Source: Guillardia theta CCMP2712 (taxonomy: Eukaryota > Protista > Cryptophyta). From it: DNA of 64,000 nucleotides. Numbering within the stretch: position 1 is the stretch's first letter; every line of letters begins with the position of its first letter. The notes under the pieces were generated by a model, which was not told the origin of the DNA, did no database searches, and was given only the letters and a program-made list of their open reading frames with translations. The stretch lies in NCBI RefSeq assembly GCF_000315625.1, contig NW_005434642.1:485869-549868 (forward strand). The letters are read 5' to 3'. The position numbers were made by a program, and so were the translations under genes. This document shows, piece by piece, positions 12,215 through 25,700 of the stretch.

Positions 12215-15200
12215 CTAAAGCATGACAGGGATTGATGTCAACCCCGATCTTGTCTTTCTCACCAACACTTTCCTCGTGTCTCGCTGTGCAGCATTGAACT
12301 TCTCGACGTAGTAGTCAACACCAACATGTGCTTTGGGACTCGGAGATGCCAGGTGGTCGTCCGTGAGAGAAGAGTGAATCACATCTCGAATCGTCTAGAG
12401 GGAAGCAAGAGTAACTACAACATCAGACAGCAGGGCATGCGAGATGCTTGTCGTCACCTTCATGATTGCCTCGTATAGATATCTCCTCTTCGTCACGTCT
12501 CGGTGCAGTACATCGACTACCTCTGCGACAGACTTGCTAAGAGCTTGGTTCGCTCTGTGCGCGGCGATTTCTCTTTCACTCTTCCTGCTGTCGTGAGCGT
12601 CTTGGATTGGCGCAAGTCAACGAAGACCAGCATACGATGATATCGCAACACACCTCGCAATCGTGAATGCGACTCCCCATGGAGCAAGAGGTGCTGAAGA
12701 AGCGTTCAATCATAATCCCAGGGGGCAGGGAGGATGACTCTTACTTCGATGTTGTTCCTCATCTTATCTACAGCCGGCCTTCTGTTCCCGTTCTCTCTCA
12801 GAGTGCTCAGGAAGGATCGGGCAGCCTGATCATCTGGAGGGGCCAACATCAATCTCCCTCCCATCCTCGCCCTCGCTCCTTTACCCACGGGCTCGACGAA
12901 GGAATGGCAGGATCGCTCGTCCTCACGGGACTTCAACTTCATCACGATGTCTGCGTCGACCACGTTCGGGCTCTGACACGTTGAGCAAGCGATCAGAGAA
13001 ACTTGTCCAGGTCGGGGAAGACTGCCTGACTGTCTCACCGTGTCGGGGGGGTTTACCTGCCGATCCTCTGCAAGGAACAGTGAGGCCTCAAGGCGGTCAA
13101 GAAGGGACATGCGGGGGTGTCCTACCCATCTCAACGTTCAAGTCGATGCTTTGACACTTGTTCTCGTGCAAGCTCCTCGGGGCACTCCCTCCCTCCGTGT
13201 ACCTCGTCGCAAGCTCCCGGTGAGGATGGCCTGTTCTCACCCACGAGCTGATCATCTGAAGGCATCGGTCAGCGCATCTTGTTGGTGCCAGCAGCGATCT
13301 CACATGCTGCAAGCTCATCTCTTCCTGACCGTTGCTGGCAGCCTTGAGGGGATCGACATGATCTCCCCTTGCGGCGTTGGTTTGCATGAATTTGTTCGCT
13401 CTGATCAGAATCCCTTGTATTGTTTCCTGGCAACGCGAATCAACCCCACAAGATCTAGTGAGATGTTGTTGAAAGACCGTTTCTTCTTCATCAATCCGCC
13501 CGAATATCTTCTGTTGGACTAGAACGAGGTTGTCGATCATCCCTGAGCTGAACAACTCGGTCAAGAGTGCTCATGGCATGTGATGTTCGTCTCGAACCTG
13601 ATCATTGTCACGCGGTGTTCGTCTAGCTCGAACAACGTCTCTACCCTTCTCAAGATATCCTTGAGGTTCCAGGTGACACCACAGAACTCCTCTCCTCGAA
13701 CTGAGGCTGATAGAAGCTCGAGCTGCAGATGCAAGTCAACGAGACCTCGCCGCGAAGCTTCCGCGTACCATCATGTCAAAGATTTGCTGTGGCACAACTC
13801 TGACAGGAGCGCACTGATATCAGCAACACTGTGTGAGGTCGCAACAATCTCTCACTCAGATGGGGTCTTGTTCGAGGGCGCTCCGTTGATGCTGATCCAG
13901 GCCAGCAGACAGAAACCCGCGATGGTTCCCTTGACAGAGCAATCAGTTCTGCTTCTGTATAACAGCTGCAAGCTCGAGCGAATCCCCCTATTGCAAGAGA
14001 TAAGAATCCTTGCTCATAGATCGCGCAAGAAGTACAGGTTGTTCTCTTTCATCAATCTGCTGGAAACCGTGAAATTACTGAGATGCATGAATATCGCTGC
14101 TGCCTTCATTCTATGCATTTCAACACCTGCATTACATCAGAGACTGTTGAGTTTTTCTGATTTCACACCGTTCCGTAAGATGTTGGTAAGGATGGCCAGG
14201 ACTGGGGATCGCTTGCTGATCTCGACGGACACCTTCAAGATTCAGTCACACGATCAAGGGTCTGAGCTTCGAAGATACATCTTCTCTTCTCAGCTCCACG
14301 AGCTTATGGAGTAAAGATAGAGCGCCTGCAACAGTATGACACCAACCTTGTAGAGCATTATGCATTCTGACCGTAAACTTCATCTAAGGATGGGGAGGAA
14401 AGAGACAGCAGAGACTCTTCAAAGAAATCCTCCTCTCGCACCAATAGCCTCCCGACACTGGGATATCGAACAATGAGCCTACCAACTTGCATGCAAGCTA
14501 GAAATTTGTGACTGGGCGCGGATCGTTTCCATATTTCAAGCAGCAGCTGCGTTGCCGACATCAGTTTCTGCTTTCAACCATCCTTCCTCACCGCGACTGA
14601 CGCTTGATGCAACTCTTCAGCTGGAGACATACAACCCAACCATGCAGCAACCATGCAGCCTTCTTCGAGATACTGCGGCAGACAATCTCAGAACCAGAGT
14701 GCCAAGGGTCCTCAAACCTACTTCACATGCGCATCGTGCCTTTGGGGAGTTGAATTCCATCCATTTGTAAACCTCAAGTAGCTTCTTGAACAGGTTGAGA
14801 TCTGAACTCGCATCATCGGATATCAAGTTTTTCTCGAGCTCTGGTCTCCTACCTAGATGCTCAACGACACGCCCACTCATTACCCCTGAGAGTTTCCTCA
14901 ACCCATGCAGAATTTTCCTGTTAGGGTATAAGGACACAGCAAGCTGTTGGTTACAAGATACATGGCTGAGTACTCAGGGGAAGCAGCTCTCGTCAGAGAG
15001 TAAAGACTAGCATGAATCTCCGTCAGATACTTTGTTGAAAGCTTTTCCTTGATCTCCTGCCATCAGTTTCATCAGTGCACAGACGATCACCCCCACCAGC
15101 TACCTCCTGGGAGATGACAAGGTGGTGGTCATGCCCGTATACTGCCATGCAATCGCATACGTCCGAAGGCAAAACCCCATCGATGAACGACCAAAAGTCT

Positions 15201-15377
15201 TCATCCATCCTCTGGAAACATTCAGTCACCTGGATATATTCCATACCCCTCCTTCACAATCTTTTGCTCTGTGCCTATCCTCGCCGTTGCCTTCTTGTGT
15301 CATCTCAACGATTCTCAATCACACGGATGTTGCTCAGACTATCAAACATTACAAAGTTCCTGGACTATAAAGCCCAT
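12215..15377 (-). CDS. Large multi-exon helical (ARM/HEAT-like) hypothetical protein; weak resemblance to MEI1/PRD1
   Basis: Chain of minus-strand exons separated by ~45-bp GT-AG introns. Leu-rich helical segments, e.g. FLACMQVGRLIVRYPSVGRLLVREEDFFEESLLSLSSPSLDEVYGALSLLHKL. Ends ...SGLTSIPVML*; start approximate. Confidence 0.55.
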
Positions 15378-15532
15378 CTTTAGTCTGCACATTTTGGGCG
15401 ATTCCTCTCCTATTATCCTCTCATGCTCCCGCCCCATGTCCCGGGCCGTTTGGACATCATATTCGAATCGTACATGTCATTCAGCATTCTACTGGCTCCT
15501 CTTCCTTCTCCCTGCTTCCTCGTTGTTTGGCT

Positions 15533-15571
15533 GCTTCCCTTCCCTTCCCTTCCCTTCCCTTCCCTTCCCTT
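15533..15571. repeat. (CTTCC)n pentanucleotide repeat
   Basis: Directly visible tandem run. Confidence 0.9.
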
Positions 15572-15639
15572 CAACTCCAACAGCGTCGGATCTAGCATTC
15601 ATCGAAATAAGCCGCTACCGCTATAAAAGGGACCGGCGG

Positions 15640-17660
15640 ACCATTGTGACCACCCCCGTTGTCCCCTTCCTTCGGAAGTTCCACACCCACCCACCCATGA
15701 GACAACCTCCGTGACCACCCCATCTCATAACCTTCCAAGTACCCCACCCTACCTACTGGAAACCCAGCCGGCTCGGAGTACAGAGGCAAATCGCGAGTAG
15801 TATCGGGCCTACCACTGTCAACCCTACCCCACCCTCCCTTTGCGATAATAACCTACCCTCGAAATTGCCACGGCCCCTAGTCAAACCACCCGGTTCATGA
15901 TGTCAGTCATAGGGACCCCCCGTCGCCGAGTTTGTTCTTCAAGTTGGTATCAAGTACTACTGAGCCGTGACCCGGTGGTTGCCAACTGAAGTTAACTGTG
16001 AGCTAGTATGGCAATGAGCTTTACTTAACTGGTACCTTCTACCGGCCGCGTCGCCGGAGCCTCCGCTACCGTACTAGGCGGCCCCGGCCGGGGGCCGGGT
16101 CCACTCAGGCCTCACTGAGTCACTGTGACTGGCGCCGCGACCGGCGGCCGGGCCGGCGGCCCGGCGCGCGGGGCCGGGACTGACCGTACCCCGGGCCCTG
16201 CTGAAGCGAGCCAGACAGCTTATTTCAGATCGGAGGCTCTACACTGGGACAGACAGGCCCCGGGGTCACTAGTATGGGACTGGCAGTCGCCGGAATCATG
16301 CCATCATACGGTAATAGAAAGATCGGACCGCGGCCGCCGCCGGGAGTCCGGGGGCCGGGCACACTACTAGGCTACGGCACGAGACGCTCCGATGACGACG
16401 GTACGGTACTGTAAGCCTTCCAGTGAAGGCCCGGGCGCGGCCCGGGCTGCAGCGCGGCCGCTCCGACAGTCAGCGCCGGGCGTGACGGTCACGGGTGCCC
16501 GCGACGGTATCATGCCGGCGTAGACCGGCCGCCGGGCACCGGCGGCGTCCCGGGAGGCTGCGCCGCCGTGACTCTCCGGCGGACTGCAGGCTGCTGAGCC
16601 CGGCTCCTAGCCTAGTAGCTGCTACTGAGGCTGAGCCTCCCGGCCGCCGGAGGCTCGGAGCCGCGGTTGGACAGTGAGGGAACTTCCGATTCAAGTTCGG
16701 AATGCCGCTTGTCCTGCTCGGCCTATGTCGGAACGAGTCTTTCTCAGGCCCTGAGGCCAGGGCCGCCGGACTGAGCCCGGCGTAGCCTATGGGCCCTCGC
16801 CCCGGCACCGGGCACCCGGTTCAGCGCCCGGCGGCGGGGCGGGGCGGCTCGACTCGGTCGGACCGCGACCGGTACCGTACGCCGTCACCCGACGGTCCGG
16901 TCCCGACTCGGATGCCGCGTCGGTCGACGGTCACCATGACTGGCACGCCGGGTGATCCAGGGCCCTACCGTATCCGGGAGTCCTCGTCGGACTGAGTCCC
17001 CGGAGGGCGGCGCTCGGAACTTGACCGGTCCAGTCCGACGGGACTCCGCCGGGGAGTCCGCCGGGCAGCGTGGGCATGCAGCCGCGGCCGCGGCGGCACG
17101 GTTCAGGCTGAGTCGGGCCGGCGGGAGTCTGTGGCAGGCTTCAGAGTTCAACTGGCCCTGGCAAGTTCGAAGGTTCAATGTGTCACTGAGCCCGGCGGCC
17201 CCCGCCGGGCGCCGGGCGGCCCGGCCCCCGCGCGGCCGGGCCGGGCGGCGTCCGCGGCGGCACCCCCGTCACGATGGCACGTGACAGTGCCGGGCTCGCC
17301 GGGAGGGCCGGGCTGACTCTGGCACTGAGTCGGCCCGGCGGGCCGGGCCGCGGTGCCGGGCCGCGGTGCGGCCGCGGCGCCGTGTCCCGCCGGATCATGG
17401 CAGTGATCCGAGGCTCTATCACCCGCTGCCTCGGGCCCACGCAGCTAGGCGCGGCAACAATGAGGCGGACTCGGCGGGGTCGAGATCAGTTTTTCGAATT
17501 GGAACGGGACCCTGCGTGGGTAGGGTCATCAGAAAAGTAGGGGTACTTGATAACATAAGTGGTTATCTTACCCAACATTTAGTGGGGATTGGGGGGGGGA
17601 GTTGTAATCCAGTGGTGGATCCATTCCCATCATGGGTAGGGGTGGTTGATATTCAAATCA
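15640..17660. promoter_or_regulatory. Largest GC/CpG palindromic island (~16040-17500), flanked by a C-rich block (left) and a G-rich block (right), between divergent genes
   Basis: Dense CCGGCCCGG, ACTGAGCCCGGC, TCGGACCG and TGAGTCA words. TACCC-rich 15640-15920; GGGGTA-rich 17515-17650. Confidence 0.5.
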
Positions 17661-17699
17661 ATCCGTTGCGAGCGACGATGAGTGAACGTAGCTTTGAAG

Positions 17700-17762
17700 C
17701 GAGAGGAAGAGGAGGAGGAAAGGGAAGAGGAAGAGGAAGAGGAAGAGGAAGAGGAAGAAGAG
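17700..17762. repeat. (GAGGAA)n purine repeat
   Basis: Directly visible tandem run. Confidence 0.9.
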
Positions 17763-18184
17763 TATCAAAAGTGACCAAGAAGAAACTCAGCATGTCCCGA
17801 AGATGAGGAAGAGGAAGGAGGCAAGATGGATGTGCAGGACGAAGCCGGCAGGAAGAAGTGCAATTGAAACGGGTGAGAGAAGAAGGGGGCAAGAGGAAGA
17901 AGCAAGCACAACATTCAAACTAGATTGAAAACACGCACCATGATTGCATCGAAGAAACAAATAACAGAAGATTGAGGTGTTCTAGAAAGATTTCAAACAT
18001 TCTGTTTGTTAAGTTCTGGTAAGAACTGACTGGTTATGAACTGGTTATTTACAAGGGACGATTCAAAAGAGAGTTTAGTTTTATGTTTCTAGCAAGATAA
18101 TCGAGGCAGGGAGCAAACGATTCTGTTGTTCTAAAACCTCAATCCAGGATTGGACTCTGTATGCATTAAGATTGCACAGTTGCA

Positions 18185-21100
18185 ATGAGTGTGCCAGTTT
18201 ACGACCCCAACTTCGAATTTAATGCGCCGAAGGTGACAGACAATCTTTTTCTCGACGGAACACAGGCTGACATTTCACACCCAGTTCCATGACTTTGCCA
18301 ACCCAAGTGAAGAGGAAGATGCTGATTCTTGGTTTGACAAGGTAGATTCTTCGGGGAAGAAGGTGGGATAGGCACGACTCTGATACCAGCCACTTACCCG
18401 CTGATTGCAGCTATTGAGACCGGACAAGGCAAGACCCACGGAAGAGAACATGGACACTGAGATGACAGAGGCTGGTGAAGTGACGGCCGATGCAAACTCA
18501 CACCCCGCTGTCTCCGAGGATGTGCACATGGAAGAAGAGTCCTGTGCAGCGGAGGCTCAGAATTTGGAGGTTCATGTGAACAGCGAGCCTGAACCGTTTG
18601 CTTCAAATGAGGTGACGCTTTCGAGTAGAACCACGAGTGTGTGACGCTGATGGGAAGGAGAAGAAGGAGAATCAAGAAGCCAATGTCCCAGCGCCTACCA
18701 AAGCACATGATTCTAACGTCACAGAGAACAAGGATGCGCCAATGCAGACTCGTCAGAGCAAGAAGTAAGTTGGGCAGAGCGTGAGTCACGTCAAGAGTTC
18801 TGACCTTTCGAAAATAGCATGTCCAAACTCACAGAGAACATTCTTGCTCTTGCTGAATTCAAAGCGAATGAGAAGAAGCTCGTCGAAATCGCTTCTAGCA
18901 ACCTTGCAGAAGCTGTTGGTGGGTATTTTGCGGATCGTTCCTGTTGGTGATGACCGTGTTGCAGTGGAAGGAGCTTGGGACTCCAAGTCGCCTCTCGTCA
19001 AGAAGAGGCAGTCAAGAGAAGTGGCAGACGACAAGGATCTGCACAAGAAGGCTGTTTCCAAGGCCTCAGCCACCACTGAGGAGCCTACCAAGAAAAAGGC
19101 TAAGATGCATGAGAAGGACACGAAAGGCTCCCCCGTCGAGATGAAGACTCCTTCCTTCTCTCGCTTTGGAAGCAGCCGCACCGGCAGCGTGTCCTCGGCG
19201 AGAAGATCCACGTCAGCGCCTCGCCACCGTCCTTCCGCTACTCCGAGCTCGTCCTGCAAGACTCCTTCATCTGTTTTCAGGTAGCTCAACTTGCTTCTCC
19301 TGCTCTCTTGCTGACTCGCCGTTCAAGGCCAACTGCAGCGAGCTTGGCCAAAGCTGAGTCGACGAAGAAGAGGCTCATGTCCGAGCGATCGGTCGAGGGC
19401 TCTGCCTCCAAGCTGAGACCTCGCTCTGCCTCCAAGCTCACCGTCCCCATCAGCCCCAAGCTGTCGAGCAGCTCCCGCTTTCGACGTCGAGCCTCCAATT
19501 CGGACCTGACGAGCTTGAGCCAGAGCTCGATCCGATCTGAGAGAAGCTCGAGCAGGTCGGTTTCCTTTCTCCTCGCTTGAGCGCTCACCTCCCTGCTCCT
19601 GCAGCATCAAGTCTTCCTCCTCCTACACGCCATCCCGACTGACCGTGCCCAAGTCACCGAAGCTGTCCCACCGATCCTCCTCTCGCCCGAAGAAAGAGGT
19701 TGACAGCGACACCCGACAGATGGAAGAGGCGCAGGCTGCCATTGAGAACATGAAGAAGAGGAGGAAGGTGAGGCAACACAGAGGCAGAGGAGCATTGGGC
19801 CTGACAGCTCTCGACCAGATGGGCGAGGCTCGCTTGAAGGGGATGCTGCAGCCGAAAGGAGAGGCCGGTGGCATGGCCATCAGGTACGGGAGGAGGAAGG
19901 GAGAAGGTTTCTGCTTGGCTCACTACAACTTCAGGTCTACCAAGGGCTTGACTGTCCCCGTCAGCCCCAACCTGAGAACTTCCCTACGGGAGAGGTCTGT
20001 CTCCGACTGCGACACCTCGGACGCCGAGGTGCCGCTCGGTGAGCGCCTGCGTCAGGTGAGGCCTACGAGTCCTCAAGCTCCTCCTCTTACGCTGCTCCCC
20101 GCCCCAGCATGAGAAGTCCACCAGAGTCCACACTAAGGTGACAAGAGAGAGAGGCTGAGGAGGCAGGCGCTGACACGTCCGTCCCTCTCTCCCCTCCTCT
20201 CGTCTCGCAGAAGACTTCTCCCAAGTCCAACATGCCGCTCAAGCTCACGGAGCCCAAGACTCCTGAGTTCAGTTCCTTCCGCCGCTCAACTCGTCACGTG
20301 AAGAGTCAGGCGGAGCGCGAGGAGGAGGAGCTGGAGGAGATGAAGAGGAAGCAGTTCAAGGCCAGGCCCCTCAACGACAAGATCCTCTCCAGCTGTGGAG
20401 ACCTTGGAGTCCCCAAGGTCTCTTTGCACTTGATCGAGAGGACGACGAGGGGGCGCTGGAAATGACCACGCTTGTGCAGGTACAGAAGAAAGCTCTCACA
20501 ACTCCCTGCGGTCCTCGCCTCCGCTCGGAGGACCGTGCCATGCGCTCTCGCTCCTCCTCGCTTGACAGTCTCAGCTCGCTCTCCACTGAGAGGTTCCTCC
20601 TGCTCCGCTCTCGCTCCTTTGCTGACTTCCCCCAGCCTCGGCAGCAGCTTCAAGGCTCGCCCTGTCCCCAAGGCTGTTCGAGCTGCCCCCAAACCGTCAG
20701 CCACCCCTCGTCAGGTGACAGAGGAGGAGGAGGAGGAGGAGGAGGAGGAGGAGGAGGAGAGTGATGGTGGTACAGGAGCGTAAGTTAACGATCCCCACCT
20801 CTCCCAACCTCGCCACGAGATGTCGCGTGCGCAATCAGTCGATGTCTGCATCGTCGGATGACGAGAAGTGGAGCTTCAAGGCCCAGCCCGTGCCGGACAT
20901 GAACAGGAAGTTCGTCCCCAAGCACGACCACGTCAACCTCACGGAGCCCGAGCCCTTCCACCTCTCCACAGAGGACAGGCACCGGATGCACGAGGAACAG
21001 ATGAAGAGGAGGATGGAGGAGGAGGAGAAGAAGCAGAGGGAGTCGCGCGTCTTCAAGGCCAACCCCGTCCGCAGCGCCTCAGAGCTGAACAAGATCGGAG

Positions 21101-21621
21101 TTGGCAGCGTGGAGAAGAAGAGTCTGACGGAGCCGAAGCCCTTCAACCTGCGGTCAGAGACCCGGCACGAGCACTTCTCGCAGATGTGGGAGATGCAGGT
21201 GGAGAAGGACCTTGAGAACGAGAGGGCCAAGTTCTCCTCCTTCACTGCCCGGGCCGTTCCCAAGACCGTCACCGACAGCTCGAAAGTCTTCACCCCCCGT
21301 CGAGCGTCGAAGCCACTGACCGAGGTGAGGGAGTTCGATCTCAACGTGGACAGGAGGGGAGAGATGAGGAAGGAGTTCGAGAAGCGCCGCGCGGACAAGG
21401 AGGCGATGATGGAGGCCGAGAAGCGGGAGGAGGAACGGAGGAGGCAGGAGGAGGAGCAGCGGGAACTTAAGGAGCTTCGGCAGTCGATGACGATCAAGGC
21501 TCGTCCTGTGCCTGAGTCTGTGTACACGGCCGTACAGGAGATCCAGCGATCGACGAAGCCGCTGACGGAGCCGATCTCACCGCATTTCCGCACCGACATG
21601 CGATTACGCAGCAGGGTGTGA
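18185..21621 (+). CDS. TPX2: TPX2-like microtubule-associated protein (multi-exon)
   Basis: Spliced N-terminus YDPNFEFNAPK-FHDFANPSEEEDADSWFDK, resembling the Aurora-binding motif. Multiple LTxPxSP/FKARP repeats. C-terminal TPX2 domain SKPLTEVREFDL...ELKELRQSMTIKARPVP...STKPLTEPISPHF. Confidence 0.9.
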
Positions 21622-21849
21622 GGAGGGTAAACTTAAACCGACGAGGAGAGACTAACTGAGGACCAAGTGACTAACTGTAAGAATAAACACACTTGAAGAA
21701 GCTGCGGGAGCCGTCTCATCAGCTTCTTGCTGGCTCTGAACTTCAAAAGTCCATCTGGTGGCTGACCTGCGGCAGGAGCTTCGAATTCCTGCGTATCTAA
21801 ATTATTCCTCAATATAGAAATAATACCGGATTTTGAATGCCTTTCCCCG

Positions 21850-22340
21850 AGTCTTCAGTACCCCACCCCCTGAAATCTCCACCCCTCCTACAAAAGCAAA
21901 TTGACCCCTCCTTACTACCTTTATGATACCCCTACCTACAAAAATTCAGTAACTTTCACTGCTACTACAGATCGCTCCTACCCCTTTGACCCCCTTTTGT
22001 CACTACCCCCTTGTTTGACTTCCACCCACCCCCCATGACATAGATCAGTACCCCCAATTAAGTCACCCCTACCACCACCCCTACCACAATCGGGTTGTAC
22101 CCGTACCTCACCCTGGACCCACCTTACCCGACATCAACTGTGATCACTACCTACCCCTTTTCCACCTCACTTTGGTCCACCCCAACCTGCTGAAAATTAT
22201 CCCCTACCCTATTTTTGGTAACAGGTACCCCTAACCCATAAATTCATTGCCTGTCATTTTGTATCAAATTTTGTCCAGGGGTACTGACCCTGACCCTTAT
22301 GAATTGGACCCCCACCCCCTATGTATTGACCCCCACCTAC
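21850..22340. promoter_or_regulatory. C-rich TACCCC/ACCCC block upstream of the kinesin gene
   Basis: Very dense ACCCC/CTACC words on the + strand; no coding signal. Confidence 0.4.
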
Positions 22341-22775
22341 TAGGCCGTTCTCATACAAACGCTTGCTGGCTATGCCGAGCAGACGAGCAAGCAGCAGAGG
22401 AGGAGGAGGGGAGGGAGGAGAGAAGAAAGAAGAGGAGGACGAGGAGGACGAGATTGTCTATGAAGAGAAGGAGGAAGAGGAGGCCAATAAGCTCGAAGAG
22501 GGGAGTTGTGATGACCTCAGGTCAGAGGGGAAGCAGGAACCAGTGACGTCGGAGTTAAGATAAGTCGGAAAAGAAGAGGAGCAACCAATATCTGAGGGCG
22601 CCTAGATGGCAGATGAAAAAACATTCCTAGGAAAGGTATCAGAGACCTGTGAGGCATCCTAGTCGGTTGTTGAAATACGTCTGCAAATGGGCGTAAGAAT
22701 TCGTGAAATCGCAAACTTCTGAAAATTCGCAACTATCGGATGATCGTTCTCAACGAATCACACACAATGTTTGCT

Positions 22776-25700
22776 ATGTTCGGATGTAGAAAGAGCAAAT
22801 GTGCCTGACTGAACTTGTTCTGCTCTTGGACTGATCTGCTCTGATCCTGCTGGTCGTCCAGCTCCTTTATGCAAGTCCACCGCCCAAAGGAGTACAGGCC
22901 GCAGCTCGCGGACTCCAGCAAGCCTTTGTCTCGAGACGCTCAGATGCGCGAGGTCCTGCTCCTCCTGCTCCTGCTCCTCCTCCTCCTGCTCCTGCTCCTG
23001 CTCCTGCTCCTCCTCCTCCTCCTGCTCCTCCTCCTCCTCCTGCCCCTACTCCTACTGCCCCTGCCCTTCCCCCTGCCCTGCTCTTCTTGCCTCCTCTCCT
23101 GCCCCTGCTCCTGCCTTTGCCCCTGCCCCCCCCTGCTCCTGCTCCTACTCCTGCTCCTGCTTCTGTCCCTTCTTCCCCTTCCTCTCCCCCTGCTTCTCCT
23201 CATGGAATTGAAATCTGCGAGCAGTCACTGGGACTGGGTGCCGACGATGTCAAGTTGGGTGAGGATGAAGAGGACGAGGAGGCTCCTGCTCCTCCCTCCC
23301 GACGGGCGATGGTGATGGTTCTGTCGCCTGCTCGTTGCTCGTCATGACGTGAGTGCAGAATGGAAACGGAGAGATCTCGCGCATCCGCGAGCTAGAGGCA
23401 AAGAATCTTGAGCTGCAAAACAAGATATCACAGCTCGAAGCCAAGAAAGATGAGCAGGTAGGTGAACGTTGAGCACTCAGGAGTGTGACGAGCATGACAG
23501 GTCGAGACTATCAAGAAGCTTGCAAACTCAAGGATGGCGAACATCGAGAAGAAGTTTCAAGAGAAACTTGCAGCGAAGGAGAGAGAGTATGAGATGACTG
23601 ACATGAAGGAAAAGTTGCTGATAGCCCACAAGGTGTGAAGACTTACAGGCTTCAGCGTCAAGTGACATGCAAGAGGTCAGCTCGCATGACGTTTGCTGGT
23701 GTGCGAGTGAGAGTCGTGGTTGAGCAGATGGTCTTGTTGAAAGGAAGGGTCTCACAGTTAGAGAAACAGCTGACGGGTTTAGGTTTGTTTCCTGCGCGTG
23801 CTGAAGCCGTTTCTCACCTGGGACCTGCAGGCGTCGAACCCTCGACGAGCGTCTCGCCCATGTCGCTCCCGTGAGGCTGCGGATGGGAGGATGGAGAAGT
23901 TTGTCTGACATGCAGGACAGTGAGAGTCGGCTGCTTGCTGAGATCGAGAAGCTGCGAGCGGAGAATTCGAGCTTGAAGAGGTGAAGACTGCTCTCTGTGA
24001 CCTGTTGTCTCTCCAGTCCCTCCCCCTGCCTCCCTCTCCTCGTTCCTCTCTAGTTGCCTTCCTTCCTTCTTTCCTTCCTTCCTGTTGATGTTTTTTCCCC
24101 CTTGTCCTTATCCATCGCTCCAGTCGCCAGATGAACGGCTCATCGAAGTCAGTCGAGGGGTTGGAAGCAGAGAACAGGTCGAGAGATGGCGGGAGGGGAC
24201 ACGAGGCCTCATGACGCGCATCTTGCAGAGAGCTGAAGCAGATGGTCGACAACCTCACAGCTGCCAACTCGAAGCTCGTCTCCTCCACCAAGGTCAGGCA
24301 GAACCTGTCGTTGTCTCTCCGTTGAGAGTTCTTGTCTCAGGAGAAGATCTCCCCGATGGAGAAAGTTCTTGACAACTACAAGAATACGACCGACCACAAC
24401 ACGTTGAACGATGGCTCGAGTGCGATGAGCGAGCAAGTGAAGAAGCTTCAACAAGTGAGCCTCTCCTCCTCTCCTCCTCCCCTCCTCCCTGACTGCATCG
24501 TCTCCTCTGCCCCTCAGGTCATCTTGGATGAAAGCAACGCGCGCAAGAAGGCAGTGGAGGAGTTGGAAGCTCTTCGACAGGTTGAGTCTGCTCCCTGTGA
24601 CTTCTCCTTCTCACGTGGAATGCAGAAAATGTCTTCCAAGTCCGACCAGTCGAGCAAGTCTCTTTCTGACGCCCAGTCCAGTGTGAAGCAACTCCAGCTC
24701 AGGTCCAGCTCAAGTTGCCTTGTCGTTGTTGCGCATGTGTTTTTTTGTTTTCTCACCTGATGTGTATTGCTTCTTGTCCTGCCCGCCTTGTGTATCTTGT
24801 TCGTCACTTGTTATCTCCTTCTCTCTTCTATCTCACAGCCTTCACTGTCACCCTCACGCATCTCACTCGTCGTTCGCTCTGCCCTCTCAGTCTCTCTACA
24901 TCGCATGCTGATGTCTCGTTGTGCTTCAGCGTGTGCTGCCTGCCCCTCCTGACCTCATTGCAGCGTGCACGAGAAGGAGAAAGAGATGGCGATCTTGAAG
25001 CAGAACTTCAAAGCACAGCAGGTGAGTTGACATGTCCCATGAGGTTGGCACTGAAAGGGTGGCAGGATGACTTCACCATCAAGGAGAAAGACTTGCAGCG
25101 ACAGGTACTTCCTCTGCCTCCTCTGCCTCCCTCCCTCCTCTCCCTTCCTCTCCCTCCCTCTCCCTCCTCTCCCTCTCTCTCCCTCCTCTCCCTGCCTCTC
25201 CCTCCCTCCTCTCCCTGCCTCCCTCCCTCCTCTCCCTCCCTCCCCCTCCCTCTCCCTCCCTCTCCCTGCCTCTCCCTGCCTCCCTCCCTCCCTCCCTCCC
25301 TCTCCCACCTCTCTTGCCTCTCCTGCCTCTCCCCCTCTCCTTCCCTGGTGTTCCTCCTCCTTCTGCTGTCTCCTCCTCCTCTCTTTCCTCTCCTCCTTTT
25401 TTCTTTTCTTATTTCCCGTCCCTCACCTTGATTGCTTCTTCTCTTCACCCAACTTGTCCTTCTCTCACATGGTAAGCGATGTCTGCGACAGATCAAGATC
25501 TTGCAAGAAGAGAATGAAAGATTGAACAAGGAGGGAACGTCAAAGTTGCAGGTCTTCCTCCTTCCTCCTTCCTCCTCCCAACCTCCTCCCTCCTCTCTAC
25601 CTCCTCCCGCCTACCTTACTGTCCGTCATCGTCCATTTTCTCTCCTCTTTCCTCTCCCTCCTTTTGCCCATCCACCCTCTTCCCCCCCCTCCTCCCCTCT

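Noticed and set aside
13580-14314. 244-aa plus-strand ORF
   Set aside because: Splice signals and exon chain indicate the gene is on the minus strand; no recognisable motif.
16125-17540. Many Arg/Pro/Gly-rich ORFs in the GC island (likewise 32490-32870 and 61000-61359)
   Set aside because: Open in several frames on both strands because stops are scarce in GC-rich DNA; no protein motifs.
20785-21599. Antisense ORFs over TPX2 (also over xylulokinase and ZIP)
   Set aside because: Shadow frames of genuine coding sequence with strong codon bias.
21850-22340. True telomeric repeat array
   Set aside because: No perfect tandem TTTAGGG/TTAGGG units, only degenerate words.
22371-22563. Short acidic ORF as an independent gene or kinesin first exon
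   Set aside because: Purine low-complexity sequence with no convincing splice link; left unannotated.
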